The notes: generated from the sequence alone by a model not told the origin. Counted from the stretch's first letter, positions 50,101 to 59,765 are shown. The stretch is DNA of 64,000 nucleotides from a bacterium (GCA_021798875.1 JAJZBN010000002.1:82831-146830), one strand, 5' to 3'. Translations and numbers: made by a program.

Positions 50101-50346
50101 AAAAGACAGAGGCGTCATAACTATAACGGCATAGCCGGTTTGTCTTAAATCATACAGAAGACTGACCGGGACTATTTCTTCGCAGAAAAATATTTTCTTT
50201 GAAGAAAAAAACGACAAGTTTCCATACAAATCTTTAGCGGAGACGTAATTATCGCATAAAAAAATAACTGTTCCTTTCTCTTTTTCTATAAACGAAGCAG
50301 CGTCTAAAGAAAAAACGGCAAGCGTTTTTAAATCTAAGGGTTCCAA
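47158..50346 (-). CDS. mfd: transcription-repair coupling factor
   Basis: CarD/RID region, then SF2 translocase motifs CGDVGFGKTEVA, LIIDEEQKFG and LRGRVGRS, then the C-terminal TRCF domain. Confidence 0.93.
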   Translation of the reverse strand: MEPLDLKTLAVFSLDAASFIEKEKGTVIFLCDNYVSAKDLYGNLSFFSSKKIFFCEEIVPVSLLYDLRQTGYAVIVMTPLSFFSKVPEPDSLLNSFIHIKKGLNFSRDGLIETLASYGYERTNIIENENEFAVRGEIIDISNADFPYPIRIDFFDETVEDLRYFDINTQLSIKNIDAFTVFPVKSNYYPKTLNILESVPNPVLYIEEPETELLDFLNRSQENKNNFNRLLNNLNKFYYFNIKKSSVYYGIKNGAGNNKGEKFSEIKSVNNRFAEKLKYENGKLNLTLLKKIILNLIKKEYKVTIVSKNEIHRERFINIFASIGLSEEEIKNGLFKIQNGNVSSGFISKKNKLFLIKGEELFREHLDIVPESSNRSKTSGLDYFKSIEELNPGDYVVHDEFGIARFTEIRNITLNGISSDYFTLIFEGGDKLFVPSEKIYLLHKYISSSEDNAPALNRLGNKSWEKAKSKAKKKIEEIAEDLKVLYAKRMTDRGFAFSQEDEEYREFEENFEFEETEDQTRAIKEVLQDMQSNKPMDRLICGDVGFGKTEVAIRAAFKAAMDGKQVALIAPTTILVDQHYQNFKKRFDKYPVKIAHISRFVKKNEEKEIVKGIKNGEIDIIIGTHKLLSEKIKYKDISLLIIDEEQKFGAMQKEKIKKLRYSIDVLAMSATPIPRTLYMSMSGIRDLSIISTPPSGRKNVITEIVSYDEEIIKKAIFNEINRGGQVYFIDNRISHLDSVRDRLAKIMPDIRIGVVHGRLEPEKIMDIMHIFYDKGYDVLLSTAIIESGLDNPNVNTIIINNAEKFGLSQLYQLRGRVGRSHIQAYCYAVIGMPVENISTEQMKRLSAVKEYSELSSGFKLAMADLEIRGAGNILGGAQSGHINSVGLEMCMQMLKEEIEKMRGIILPAQINPEVKTNLSAYIPKSYIEDEKTKASFYRKLANCVTINDVENINKELEDRFGRIEDPVKNLLKIAELKINMKNCKVSLIEIKDGEFIMEFHNSAASIFERIIKFINDKESSSEYIINFIDEFKMRLRFKHLDSKQDKIEKAKIILQRLYGYVNI

Positions 50347-50355
50347 ATCTATTCC

Positions 50356-53016
50356 TTAAGATTTCACCTCTTTAATGGAAGCCTGAGCGGCGGAAATTAT
50401 TGCAACAGGAACCCTGTAAGGCGAACAGCTGACGTAATTAAGATTAATGCTGTGACAAAATTCTATAGAGCTTGGGTCGCCTCCGTGTTCTCCGCATATT
50501 CCGAGTTTAATATCTTTTCTTGTTTCTTTACCCTTGCGTACTGCAATTTTCATTAATTCGCCTACGCCGTTCCTGTCGAGCTCCATAAACGGATCTGTCT
50601 TAAGAATATTTTTATTAAGATAATCGGGTAAAAAAGAACCTATGTCGTCCCTTGAAAACCCGAAAGTAGTCTGGGTAAGATCGTTTGTACCGAACGAAAA
50701 AAATTCAGCCTCGCCCGCTATTTCGTCGGCTACCATACATGCTCTCGGAAGTTCAATCATAGTTCCGACTAAGTAGTCAAGTTTAGTGCCGTATTTATCC
50801 ATAACTTCTGCAGCTTTTTTATCGACCAATTCTTTCAATAATCTTATCTCTTCATAAATCCCTACAACCGGAATCATAATTTCGGGAATAATCTTGTTGC
50901 CGTTTTTATGAAATTCGCATGCGGCTTCCATAATTGCCTGAACCTGCATTTCATATATTTCGGGATAGCTTACTCCAAGACGGCAGCCTCTGTGACCAAG
51001 CATCGGGTTGACTTCGTGCAGGGAAGCCGTCTTTGCGCTGAGTCTCTCGTATGAAATACCCATAATTTCCGATAGTTCTCTTATATCTTTTTCCGTTTTC
51101 GGAAGAAATTCGTGCAGCGGCGGGTCAAGAAGCCTTATATTTACAGAGTAACCCTTCATTTCTTCATATAATTCTATAAAGTCGGATTTTTGCATGGGGA
51201 GAAGCTTAGCAAGGGCTTTTTGTCTTTCCGCAGCCGTTTCGGAAAGAATCATCTCTCTGACGGCTTTTATTCTGTCGCCTTTAAAGAACATATGCTCCGT
51301 CCTGCAAAGTCCGATACCTTCGGCTCCGTAACTGCGCGCAACTTTTGCATCCTCGGGGGTATCCGCATTTGCCCTTACGCTCAGCTTTCTAAATTCATCG
51401 GCATATTTCATTATAGTTTTGAAATCATCGTTTATTTCCGGCGTTATCATTTTTACGTTACCGTAATAAACTTCGCCGTTGGATCCGTTTAGCGTAATAA
51501 TGTCTCCTCTTTTTATATTCCTGCTTCCAACGGTTATCTCGCCATTTTTTTCGTTAATTTCAAGAACCGAACAGCCGGTAACGGCGCATTTTCCCATGCC
51601 TCTCGCAACTACGGCGGCGTGCGAAGTCATTCCTCCCCTTGCGGTAAGAATGCCTTCGGAAACGCTCATTCCGTGTATATCTTCTGGAGAAGTCTCCATT
51701 CTTACCAATATTACTTTTTTGCCTTTTTTGACTTCTTCTTCCGCTTCCTCTGCAGAAAACACCACTTCTCCGCTTGCCGCTCCGGGCGAAGCGGGAAGTC
51801 CTTTTGCTATAACGTCTTTTTTTGCGCTAAGATCTACCGCCGGATACATAAGCTGAGCAATAGAATAAGGATCTATTCTTAAAACTGCGGTTTTTTTATC
51901 TATCATGCCTTCCTTGACCATATCTACCGCAATTTTAACAGCTGCTTTGGCAGTTCTTTTTCCAGTCCTTACCTGAAGCATATAAAGTATGCCTTCCTGA
52001 ATAGTGAACTCAAGGTCAAGCATTTCTTTATAATGTTTTTCCAGGAGGCTTGCATATTCCAAAAGGTCTTTATATACTGCGGGCATAGCTTTTTCCAAAG
52101 AAAGATCTTCGGAATTTTTTTTGGAAAGTTCGTTAACGGGCTGAGGCGTCCTGATTCCTGCGACGACGTCTTCACCCTGCGCATTAATAAGATATTCGCC
52201 GTAAAAACCGTTTTCTCCCGTTGAAGGATTTCTTGTGAACGCTACTCCCGTTGCGGAAGTTTCCCCCATGTTTCCGTAAACCATAGAAACTACGTTTACT
52301 GCGGTTCCCCAATTTTCAGGTATTTTATTGAGCTTTCTGTATGTAATGGCTCTCGGTACATTCCAAGATTCAAAAACGGCAGAAATACCCATCCATAACT
52401 GTTCTTCGGGGTCGTCCGGAAATTTTATTCCTTTTTCTTTTTCCGCAACTTTTTTAAATTCCGATACTAGATAGCGAAGATCGGTTTCATTTAATTCGTT
52501 GTCGTTTTTTACCGATTTTTCTTTCTTTTTATTTGCTAAAATAGATTCCATAATTCCCGAATCTATTCCAAGAACTACGTTTGAAAACATCTGGATAAAC
52601 CTTCTGTATGTATCGTAAGCAAATCTTTCGTTGCCCGATTTTTCGATAAGACCTTTAACGGTATCGTCATTTAATCCAAGATTTAAAACGGTATCCATCA
52701 TTCCGGGCATCGACACCCTTGCACCGCTTCTTACCGAAACCAACAGGGGATTTTTAGCATCGCCGAACTTAGACCCCATTGCATATTCCATCTTTTTTAT
52801 ATTTTCTTTTACCTCGTCTTTTAGTTCATCGGGATATTTTTTGCCGTGTTCATAAAAATACGTACAAACTTCGGTGGTAATCGTGAAACCGGCAGGAACT
52901 CTTATACCGAGGTTAGTCATCTCCGCCAGTCCCGCTCCTTTTCCGCCAAGCAAATTTTTCATCGAACCGTCGCCGTCCGCCTTCTTGTTACCGAAAAAAT
53001 AAACGAATTTACCCAT
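50356..53016 (-). CDS. ppdK: pyruvate, phosphate dikinase
   Basis: Phospho-His context GGMTSHAAVVARG, PEP-utilising C-terminal GICGEHGGDP and an ATP-grasp N-terminus. Confidence 0.95.
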   Translation of the reverse strand: MGKFVYFFGNKKADGDGSMKNLLGGKGAGLAEMTNLGIRVPAGFTITTEVCTYFYEHGKKYPDELKDEVKENIKKMEYAMGSKFGDAKNPLLVSVRSGARVSMPGMMDTVLNLGLNDDTVKGLIEKSGNERFAYDTYRRFIQMFSNVVLGIDSGIMESILANKKKEKSVKNDNELNETDLRYLVSEFKKVAEKEKGIKFPDDPEEQLWMGISAVFESWNVPRAITYRKLNKIPENWGTAVNVVSMVYGNMGETSATGVAFTRNPSTGENGFYGEYLINAQGEDVVAGIRTPQPVNELSKKNSEDLSLEKAMPAVYKDLLEYASLLEKHYKEMLDLEFTIQEGILYMLQVRTGKRTAKAAVKIAVDMVKEGMIDKKTAVLRIDPYSIAQLMYPAVDLSAKKDVIAKGLPASPGAASGEVVFSAEEAEEEVKKGKKVILVRMETSPEDIHGMSVSEGILTARGGMTSHAAVVARGMGKCAVTGCSVLEINEKNGEITVGSRNIKRGDIITLNGSNGEVYYGNVKMITPEINDDFKTIMKYADEFRKLSVRANADTPEDAKVARSYGAEGIGLCRTEHMFFKGDRIKAVREMILSETAAERQKALAKLLPMQKSDFIELYEEMKGYSVNIRLLDPPLHEFLPKTEKDIRELSEIMGISYERLSAKTASLHEVNPMLGHRGCRLGVSYPEIYEMQVQAIMEAACEFHKNGNKIIPEIMIPVVGIYEEIRLLKELVDKKAAEVMDKYGTKLDYLVGTMIELPRACMVADEIAGEAEFFSFGTNDLTQTTFGFSRDDIGSFLPDYLNKNILKTDPFMELDRNGVGELMKIAVRKGKETRKDIKLGICGEHGGDPSSIEFCHSINLNYVSCSPYRVPVAIISAAQASIKEVKS

Positions 53017-53082
53017 AAATCCATCCTCCGAATAAATAAAAATATATTTAAGTATTATTAGTTATTAGAACAAAAAAAATAA

Positions 53083-55203
53083 TTATAAATCTAAACTTGA
53101 AAAATCGCAAAAATTTTTAAGAAGATTAAGTATATTATTTAATAATCCTATCCTTGAATTCTTAATTTCTTCCTGCTCGGCTAAAATCATGACGCCGTCG
53201 AAGAAAACGTTCACGGGCGTGACTAATTTATGCATTTCGCTTAAAACCGTTTTAAAATCGTCTTGCGCAAGCGGTAAAACTATATCTTTGCTTACATTCT
53301 TAAAAACTGAAACAAGCTGTTTTTCTTCATGCAAAGTTAATTTTTCTTCATTAAAAACCGTTATGGCGGAAAATTTGTAAGTAATATTGTTAATCCTCTT
53401 ATATATCTGCGATAATTCAAAAACTGCTTCGTTTTCTTTATATTTTGAAAGAAAATCTATTTTAATAAACTCCGTATAAAAATTTTCGCGAATCGAAGAA
53501 CTTAATACGGCGGCTATTTCGTCCGATTTATAGCCGGAGGTAAGCATAAAATTTTTAAATCTCGTATCGGCAAAATTTATAAAGGCGTTCTTTAATTCAT
53601 CTTTATTTAATTTTTTATCCTTGAAAAATTCGTTAAAATAAAAATCAAATGCTTTTATTAAATTAATCTTATATTTTTTATCTAAAATAATTTCTATTAT
53701 GCCTATCATAGCCCTGCGCAGATAAAAAGGATCTGATTCTCCGGAAGGAAGTTTTTTTAGCATTACGAATGCAAGAACCGTATCCAGCTTATCAGACAAA
53801 GCGCATAAAGCCGATAAATCGTTGGAGGGAAATATTTTCTTTTTATCTCCACCGGTTTTGGATACCGGATAATAATGCTCTTCTATTGCGGCCGATATGC
53901 GCAGTTTTTCTCCTGCCGCTTTAGCATATATCCTGCCCATTACCCCCTGCATTTCCGGAAATTCGTAAACTGCGTGAGTTGCAAGATCGAATTTTAACAA
54001 ACCGGAAGCCGTTTTAAAATCGGATAAAACTTCTCCGTCTATATTCAGTTCTTCTCCTATAAATAGTCCCAGATTTTTGATTCGCAAAGTTTTATCGAAA
54101 TAAGTACCTAATCCATGATAAAACATTATATTTTTAGTTTCTTCGACAAAATCTGCCGGCTTTTTCTTTGTATCTTCGCTGAAAAAAAATTCGGCATCGG
54201 ACAGCCTTGCGCTTAGCACTCTGGAATAGCCGGACTTAATATTTTTTTCTAACGATTCTTTAATCTCGTCGATGGGGTTTACATCGGCAATAGCAATAAA
54301 ATTTGAAGTTAATTTGCCGTTTTTAGACATAGGAAAAAAACGCTGGTGTTTTTTCATAACTACCGAAAGCAGTTCCTGCGGAATAGAAAGAAATTTTTCG
54401 TCGAATCCACATAATAAAGCATAAGGAGTTTCGGTCAGTCCTGCGATTTCGTCTATAAAATCTTCGCCGTATTCGCGAATATCCGCACCTGCTATTTTTG
54501 ATATATCTTTTAAGGCAGATTCTATATAATCTTTTCTTTCCGTATTTTTTATTATTATACCGTTTGATGACATAATATTAAAATAATTTTGCGCGTTATA
54601 TATTTTTACCGGTCTTTTTTTGTATGATAGGGGGGGGATTACGTAAGTGCGGTTGGAAGCTTTAATGCCGCCGAAATCAAAGGGCGCCGTTTTTCCGTCG
54701 AATACCGACGTTATCCACAATACGGGTCTAGGATAACGTATTTCTTTATCTAACCAGAACATAGTTTTTTTAAAAGGAATTTTCTTTACCAGCAGAGGTA
54801 TATTTTGTGCGAGCAGATCTTTTAAAAGCGTTCCTTTCATTTTCTTTTTACACGCGGTATAAACTCCTTTTTTTTGATTAACCGTATATATTTTTTTATG
54901 GTCTGAAATTCCTGTTTTTTTCATAAACTGCAAAAGCGGTTCGGCAGGAACGCCTCCGTGATAAGAAATATTAACCGGAGGTCCTATTATTTCCATTTCT
55001 CTATCCGGCGATTTCACAGGCAGTTCCTTAATAAATAAGACGGTGCGTCTGGGAGTGGCATAAGTTTCTATATGGGGTTTTTCGGCAAGAAAAAGCTCGT
55101 CGGCGAAAAAATTTTCTACGATATTTTTTAAAGCCGGCGGTATTTTCCTCACTTCATCGTAGGGAAGCTCGCCTGAACCTATTTCAAGTAAATATTCGCT
55201 CAA
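53083..55203 (-). CDS. glyS: glycine--tRNA ligase beta subunit
   Basis: Full-length GlyS-like protein (706 aa) directly downstream of glyQ. N-terminus LLEIGSGELP. Confidence 0.92.
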   Translation of the reverse strand: MSEYLLEIGSGELPYDEVRKIPPALKNIVENFFADELFLAEKPHIETYATPRRTVLFIKELPVKSPDREMEIIGPPVNISYHGGVPAEPLLQFMKKTGISDHKKIYTVNQKKGVYTACKKKMKGTLLKDLLAQNIPLLVKKIPFKKTMFWLDKEIRYPRPVLWITSVFDGKTAPFDFGGIKASNRTYVIPPLSYKKRPVKIYNAQNYFNIMSSNGIIIKNTERKDYIESALKDISKIAGADIREYGEDFIDEIAGLTETPYALLCGFDEKFLSIPQELLSVVMKKHQRFFPMSKNGKLTSNFIAIADVNPIDEIKESLEKNIKSGYSRVLSARLSDAEFFFSEDTKKKPADFVEETKNIMFYHGLGTYFDKTLRIKNLGLFIGEELNIDGEVLSDFKTASGLLKFDLATHAVYEFPEMQGVMGRIYAKAAGEKLRISAAIEEHYYPVSKTGGDKKKIFPSNDLSALCALSDKLDTVLAFVMLKKLPSGESDPFYLRRAMIGIIEIILDKKYKINLIKAFDFYFNEFFKDKKLNKDELKNAFINFADTRFKNFMLTSGYKSDEIAAVLSSSIRENFYTEFIKIDFLSKYKENEAVFELSQIYKRINNITYKFSAITVFNEEKLTLHEEKQLVSVFKNVSKDIVLPLAQDDFKTVLSEMHKLVTPVNVFFDGVMILAEQEEIKNSRIGLLNNILNLLKNFCDFSSLDL

Positions 55204-55267
55204 TTTGTAATAACCCGAATTATCATAATTTATTTTAACTTATCTTATATTTATGGTTCATATTGAT

Positions 55268-56152
55268 TTATTTTTTTTTATTTTCTTCTTCTTTAGCGTA
55301 AAATCCGCTATAAAGTTTTGCGCATCCTTCGGCAAGAGTTCTGACTCTTAATATATAATTCATTCTTTCGGATACGCTTATAAGCCCTCTTGCATCAAGC
55401 AAATTAAAAGCATGAGAGCACTTCAGACAATATTCGTAAGCGGGCTTCACTAATTCTTTCAGCTTAAAAGAGAGAAGTCTTTTCGATTCGGCTTCATAAA
55501 TATTAAATAAATTATAAAGCGTTTCTGCGCTCGAATATTCAAAATTGTATTTGGAAAATTGGAATTCGTCGTCTTTATGTATATCGCCGTATTTAAAAGA
55601 ACCGTTCCATTGAAGGTCGAAAACCGCGTCTTTATTTTGAAGGAACATGGCTATTCGTTCCAATCCGTAAGTAATTTCTATAGCCGGTTTGGAAAGTTCT
55701 ATGCCTCCTATCTGCTGAAAATACGTAAACTGAGTAACTTCCATGCCGTCGAGCCAGACTTCCCATCCAAGACCCCATGCGCCGAGAGTGGGAGATTCCC
55801 AGTCGTCTTCCACAAACCGGACGTCATGCATAATAGGATTAATATCGACGCTCTTTAAACTGTCTAAATATATTTCTTGTATTTTATCGATATACGGCTG
55901 TATAATAACTTGGAACTGATAATATTTTCCCAATCTGTTGGGATTTTGGCCGTACCTGCCGTCCGCAGGCCGTCTCGACGGCTGAACATAAGCGGCTCTC
56001 CAGTCCGCACAATCCAAACACTTAAGAAACGTATAGGGCGCAAAAGTAGCCGCCCCCGCTTCAATATCGTACGGCTGCAGAATTACGCACCCGAAGTCCG
56101 ACCAGAAGTTCTGAAGATTAAATATTAACTGTTGAAATCCCGACGTTTTAAT
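55268..56152 (-). CDS. glyQ: glycine--tRNA ligase alpha subunit, apparently initiated at ATT
   Basis: The track ORF (TTG at 56017) starts inside the conserved core (..[16 protein letters not shown]). The same frame is open 45 codons further upstream and encodes [45 protein letters not shown], the canonical GlyQ N-terminus. There is no ATG, GTG or TTG there. ATT at 56152-56150 has AAGGGGAAG 5 nt upstream. Confidence 0.85.
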   Translation of the reverse strand: MKTSGFQQLIFNLQNFWSDFGCVILQPYDIEAGAATFAPYTFLKCLDCADWRAAYVQPSRRPADGRYGQNPNRLGKYYQFQVIIQPYIDKIQEIYLDSLKSVDINPIMHDVRFVEDDWESPTLGAWGLGWEVWLDGMEVTQFTYFQQIGGIELSKPAIEITYGLERIAMFLQNKDAVFDLQWNGSFKYGDIHKDDEFQFSKYNFEYSSAETLYNLFNIYEAESKRLLSFKLKELVKPAYEYCLKCSHAFNLLDARGLISVSERMNYILRVRTLAEGCAKLYSGFYAKEEENKKK

Positions 56153-56193
56153 AGACTTCCCCTTTCTAAACGTAAAATTGAATTAAAATTATA

Positions 56194-57135
56194 CTAAAGG
56201 GCTAACATATTTTCAATAGATTTTCTTGCCTTGATTCTTACGTCTTCAGGAATTTTAATAATATTATTCATCTTAGCCAATGAATTTATAACATCGTCCA
56301 AATGCGTTTTTTTCATATTGGGACAGACTAAGCCGTTATTCGAAGGAATAAATACTTTGTCAGGATTTTCTTTCTTCATTTTATACATTATTCCTCTTTC
56401 GGTGCCTATAATAAAAAATTTAGCGGTTGATTCCCTTACAAATTTATACATGCCGGAAGTAGATGAAACATGGTCGGCAACGTCGATAGTTTCGGGAGAT
56501 GATTCCGGATGGGCAACAAAAACGGCTCCAGGATATTTTTCTTTAAGAGCTTTGATATCTTCAGGCGTGGTTCTTTTATGCGGCGGACAGTAACCAGTCC
56601 AGTTTATAACTTCTTTGTCGGTAAATCTCTGAACGTAACTTCCTAAATTTTTATCCGGAACCATTATCGCTCTTTTAGAGCTTAACGAATTAACTACTTT
56701 AACGGCGTTAGCCGACGTACAGCAAATATCGGAAACGGCTTTGCATTCCGCAGACGTGTTTACGTAAGCGACGACGGGAGCATCGGGATAATCTTTTTTT
56801 AAGTTAAGAATATCTTGCGCGGTTATCATGTCAACCATTGGACAGCCGGCATTTTCGTTTGGAAGAATGACGGTTTTTTCCGGATTCATAATAGCTGCGC
56901 TTTCCGCCATAAACCTTACGCCGCAAAAAACTATAATATCCGCATCGGTTTTATTCGCTTTTATGGAAAGTTCAAGCGAATCTCCCTGAAAATCGGCAAT
57001 TTCCTGTATCTCGTCCCTCTGATAGTTATGGGCAAGCAATATTGCATTTTTTTTTCTTAAAAGTTCTTTTAAAAACTTTTGCTTGTATTTTACCGTGCCG
57101 GAATTTTCTTCTTTACTTTTATCGTTATTATTCAT
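56194..57135 (-). CDS. nadA: quinolinate synthase
   Basis: LLAHNYQ, FCGVRFMAE and VAHPE contexts. 313 aa. Confidence 0.92.
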   Translation of the reverse strand: MNNNDKSKEENSGTVKYKQKFLKELLRKKNAILLAHNYQRDEIQEIADFQGDSLELSIKANKTDADIIVFCGVRFMAESAAIMNPEKTVILPNENAGCPMVDMITAQDILNLKKDYPDAPVVAYVNTSAECKAVSDICCTSANAVKVVNSLSSKRAIMVPDKNLGSYVQRFTDKEVINWTGYCPPHKRTTPEDIKALKEKYPGAVFVAHPESSPETIDVADHVSSTSGMYKFVRESTAKFFIIGTERGIMYKMKKENPDKVFIPSNNGLVCPNMKKTHLDDVINSLAKMNNIIKIPEDVRIKARKSIENMLAL

Positions 57136-57268
57136 ATTTGACCTTGCCTTATTTAGTTAGCAGCGGATTAAAATTTATATATAAATTTACCCTATTCGGC
57201 TCTTTATTTACGTCTGTTTATTACTTAATATATTCCGTTATGTTATTATAGTCATCTATATTTTTAAC

Positions 57269-57297
57269 TTGTTTATAACATTATAACATAATATAAT
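57269..57297 (+). promoter_or_regulatory. sigma70-like promoter candidate for trpS (TTGTTT - 17 nt - TATAAT)
   Basis: Hexamers at 57269-57274 and 57292-57297, 35 nt upstream of the trpS ATG. The AT-rich background makes chance matches likely. Confidence 0.25.
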
Positions 57298-57331
57298 CTA
57301 AAGTTAAAACCGTTAAAAAGGAATTAAAATT

Positions 57332-58372
57332 ATGGATTTAAAAACCGACAATTCGGCAATAGCCGACGAATCAAAATACAAATATAAAAGAATATTGACC
57401 GGAGACAGACCTACCGGGCCGCTTCATCTGGGACATTACGCAGGTTCTTTAAAAAACAGGATAATGCTTCAGGGTAAATACGAAACTTTTATTTTAATAG
57501 CGGACGTTCAGGCGCTGACGACTAATTTCGAACATCCCGAAAAACTTAAGGAAAATATCTTTCTTGTGGCTTTGGACTATCTTTCGGCCGGAATAGATCC
57601 GAAAATATCCACTATAGCGATACAGTCTATGATACCGGAAATTTCGGAACTGACGACTTTTTTTTCCATGCTTGTTTCGGTAAATCCCTTAAGGCATAAT
57701 CCTACTATTAAAACCGAAGCTAAAGAAAGAGGCTATAAAGAATTAACTTACGGATTTTTGGGCTATCCGGTAAGCCAGACGGCCGATATTGCCGTTTTTA
57801 AAGCAGACTTGGTGCCTGTAGGTATAGACCAGCTCCCCCATATCGAAATAGCTAGAAAAATAATAAGAAAATTTAACGAATTATATTCCGGCAAACTCAT
57901 AGAACCTTTCGCCCTTATAGGCGAATCCCCGAAACTTGTAGGACTCGACGGGAATTTAAAAATGAGCAAATCATATGGCAATGCTATAAATCTTTCCGAT
58001 GATTTCGATTCCGTAAAAAATAAAATTAAATCGGCGCTGACGGACAAAAATAGAATTCACCCTACGGACAAAGGCAATCCGGACATTTGCACTATATACT
58101 CTTATCACAAGGCTTTTTCCGGCGGTGATTTAATTAAAGAAACCGGATATGACTGCAAAAACGGAAAAATAGGCTGCGTAAAATGCAAGGAAAATCTGTT
58201 CGGGGTTATTAAATCTTTATTAGAACCTATGAACGAGCGGAGAAGCCATTATCTAAAAAACAAAGACGAAGTGTGGGATATACTGTTTGACGGAACTAAA
58301 AAATCCCGAATAATCGCTTCCGAAACGATAAAAGAAGTTAAAAACTCAATGAAAATACTATATAATGAATAA
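57332..58372 (+). CDS. trpS: tryptophan--tRNA ligase
   Basis: Class I signatures TGPLHLGHY and KMSKS. Length 346 aa. Confidence 0.93.
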   Translation: MDLKTDNSAIADESKYKYKRILTGDRPTGPLHLGHYAGSLKNRIMLQGKYETFILIADVQALTTNFEHPEKLKENIFLVALDYLSAGIDPKISTIAIQSMIPEISELTTFFSMLVSVNPLRHNPTIKTEAKERGYKELTYGFLGYPVSQTADIAVFKADLVPVGIDQLPHIEIARKIIRKFNELYSGKLIEPFALIGESPKLVGLDGNLKMSKSYGNAINLSDDFDSVKNKIKSALTDKNRIHPTDKGNPDICTIYSYHKAFSGGDLIKETGYDCKNGKIGCVKCKENLFGVIKSLLEPMNERRSHYLKNKDEVWDILFDGTKKSRIIASETIKEVKNSMKILYNE

Positions 58373-58413
58373 ACATTACTTAAAAAATTTTAAAAAACGG
58401 AGGTATAGACATT

Positions 58414-58791
58414 ATGGCAAACAAACTTTTTATTATGCTTCAAAACACTTCCCCTTCAAATCCTCATGCTCTCGGAGCGCCTTTTTTTCAGGCGGCGGCG
58501 GCGGCGGTAATGGATTACGAAGTAGAAATGGTGCTGACGGCTGATGCCGGTCTTTTAATGAAAAAAGGCGTAGCGGAAAATCTAAGGGCTAAGGAAGGCA
58601 GTCCTAAATCGATATACGATTTCATTAAAGACGCCTATAATGCCGGAGTCGTTTTTAAAGTCTGCACTCCTGCATTAGAATTAAACGACTTCACCAAAGA
58701 AGATTTAATTGAAGAATGCAGCGGCGTAGTAGGCGGAGCATACGTAGTTCAAATGGTTATGGACGACAACGTCAAAACCCTGTCGTATTAA
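58414..58791 (+). CDS. DsrE/DsrF-like (COG2044-type) small sulfur-relay/peroxiredoxin-like protein
   Basis: 125 aa. The pattern LFIML....P...GAPFFQAAAAAVMDYEVEMVLT..G and a conserved Cys (VCTPA) resemble the DsrE-like family. GGAGG RBS. Confidence 0.55.
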   Translation: MANKLFIMLQNTSPSNPHALGAPFFQAAAAAVMDYEVEMVLTADAGLLMKKGVAENLRAKEGSPKSIYDFIKDAYNAGVVFKVCTPALELNDFTKEDLIEECSGVVGGAYVVQMVMDDNVKTLSY

Positions 58792-58805
58792 TATATTAAT
58801 AACTA

Positions 58806-58848
58806 TGGTGCTAGAATTCAATTCTGGCACCATCACAAAATGAAAAAG
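58806..58848 (+). repeat. single copy of the hairpin + CACAAAATGAAAAAG element, between convergent genes
   Basis: TGGTGCTAGAATT-C-AATTCTGGCACCA (13-bp stem with one G-T pair) followed by TCACAAAATGAAAAAG. This is the reverse-complement orientation of the units at 27251-27410. Confidence 0.85.
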
Positions 58849-58850
58849 TC

Positions 58851-59765
58851 TTAGCAGACGTCGCATATAAATTCTTCTGCCGCAGTTGCCGCAAGAGCGC
58901 CTTCGCCGACCGCGGTGGCAACTTGAAGCAGTTTCTTGGAATGGGCGTCGCCGGCGCAAAATACTCCGGGCATTGACGTCATAAGTGTATAAGGATCTGT
59001 TTTTATAAAGCCGTATTCGTCTTTTTCGATGTTCTTAAGAAAAGATGTTTGAGGATTGATGCCTATAAAAATAAAAACTCCTTTAACTGGCACAGTTTTT
59101 CTTTCTTTGGTTTTAACGTTTTCGACGGTTATAGATTCTACGGTTTTATCTCCGTTTATAGAAACGGGAATATGCTCTAACTCCATAATTACGTTCTTTG
59201 CATTATGAAGCCTTTCCTGAATTATTTTTTCAGCCCTGAATTCCTTTCTTCTATGAATTAAAGTAACCGATTTAACGATTTTAGTCAAATAGTTAGCCTC
59301 TTTTAAAGCGGCATCCCCGCCGCCGACTACGGCTATATCCTGGTCTTTAAAAAAAGGGCCGTCGCATGTAGCGCAGTATGATACGCCCCTTCCCGTAAAC
59401 TCCCTTTCGCCCGGTATATTAAGTCTTTTAGGCGATGCTCCTACCGTTATTATGACGGTTTTAGCCTGATAATTTTCGTTAACGCCCCTTAAAGTTTTAT
59501 ATTCACCTTCGTCGGTTATATCTTTTATTTCGTCGTATATAATTTGCAAGCCCAATCCTTTAGCATGTTCTTCAAATTTTTGCATTAACTCTACGCCTGA
59601 AAGAGACGGAAATCCCGGATAATTTTCTATATTGTCGGTAAGAGCTATCTGACCGCCTACGGCCATTTTTTCTATCAGGACAATATTAAGGCGCGCTCTT
59701 AAGGCATATATAGCCGCCGAAAGTCCGGCAGGACCGCCGCCGATTATAACTAAATCGTAAATCAT
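58851..59765 (-). CDS. trxB: thioredoxin-disulfide reductase
   Basis: GGGPAG FAD motif, redox CATCDG and NADPH motif VVGGGDAA. Confidence 0.95.
   Translation of the reverse strand: MIYDLVIIGGGPAGLSAAIYALRARLNIVLIEKMAVGGQIALTDNIENYPGFPSLSGVELMQKFEEHAKGLGLQIIYDEIKDITDEGEYKTLRGVNENYQAKTVIITVGASPKRLNIPGEREFTGRGVSYCATCDGPFFKDQDIAVVGGGDAALKEANYLTKIVKSVTLIHRRKEFRAEKIIQERLHNAKNVIMELEHIPVSINGDKTVESITVENVKTKERKTVPVKGVFIFIGINPQTSFLKNIEKDEYGFIKTDPYTLMTSMPGVFCAGDAHSKKLLQVATAVGEGALAATAAEEFICDVC

Noticed and set aside
55268-56152. glyQ as a 5'-truncated pseudogene or frameshifted gene, with ORF 55864-56064 as a separate fragment
   Set aside because: My hand translation shows that the conserved N-terminus is in the same frame as the 249-aa ORF, with no intervening stop. 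The 66-aa ORF is in a different frame and has no similarity to anything. A non-canonical ATT start explains the data better.
57136-57331. T-box leader for trpS, or an NAD+ (nadA-motif) riboswitch for nadA, in the 196-nt divergent spacer
   Set aside because: The spacer is almost pure A/T. I could find no T-box sequence, specifier-loop or antiterminator structure, and no C-rich nadA-motif bulges.
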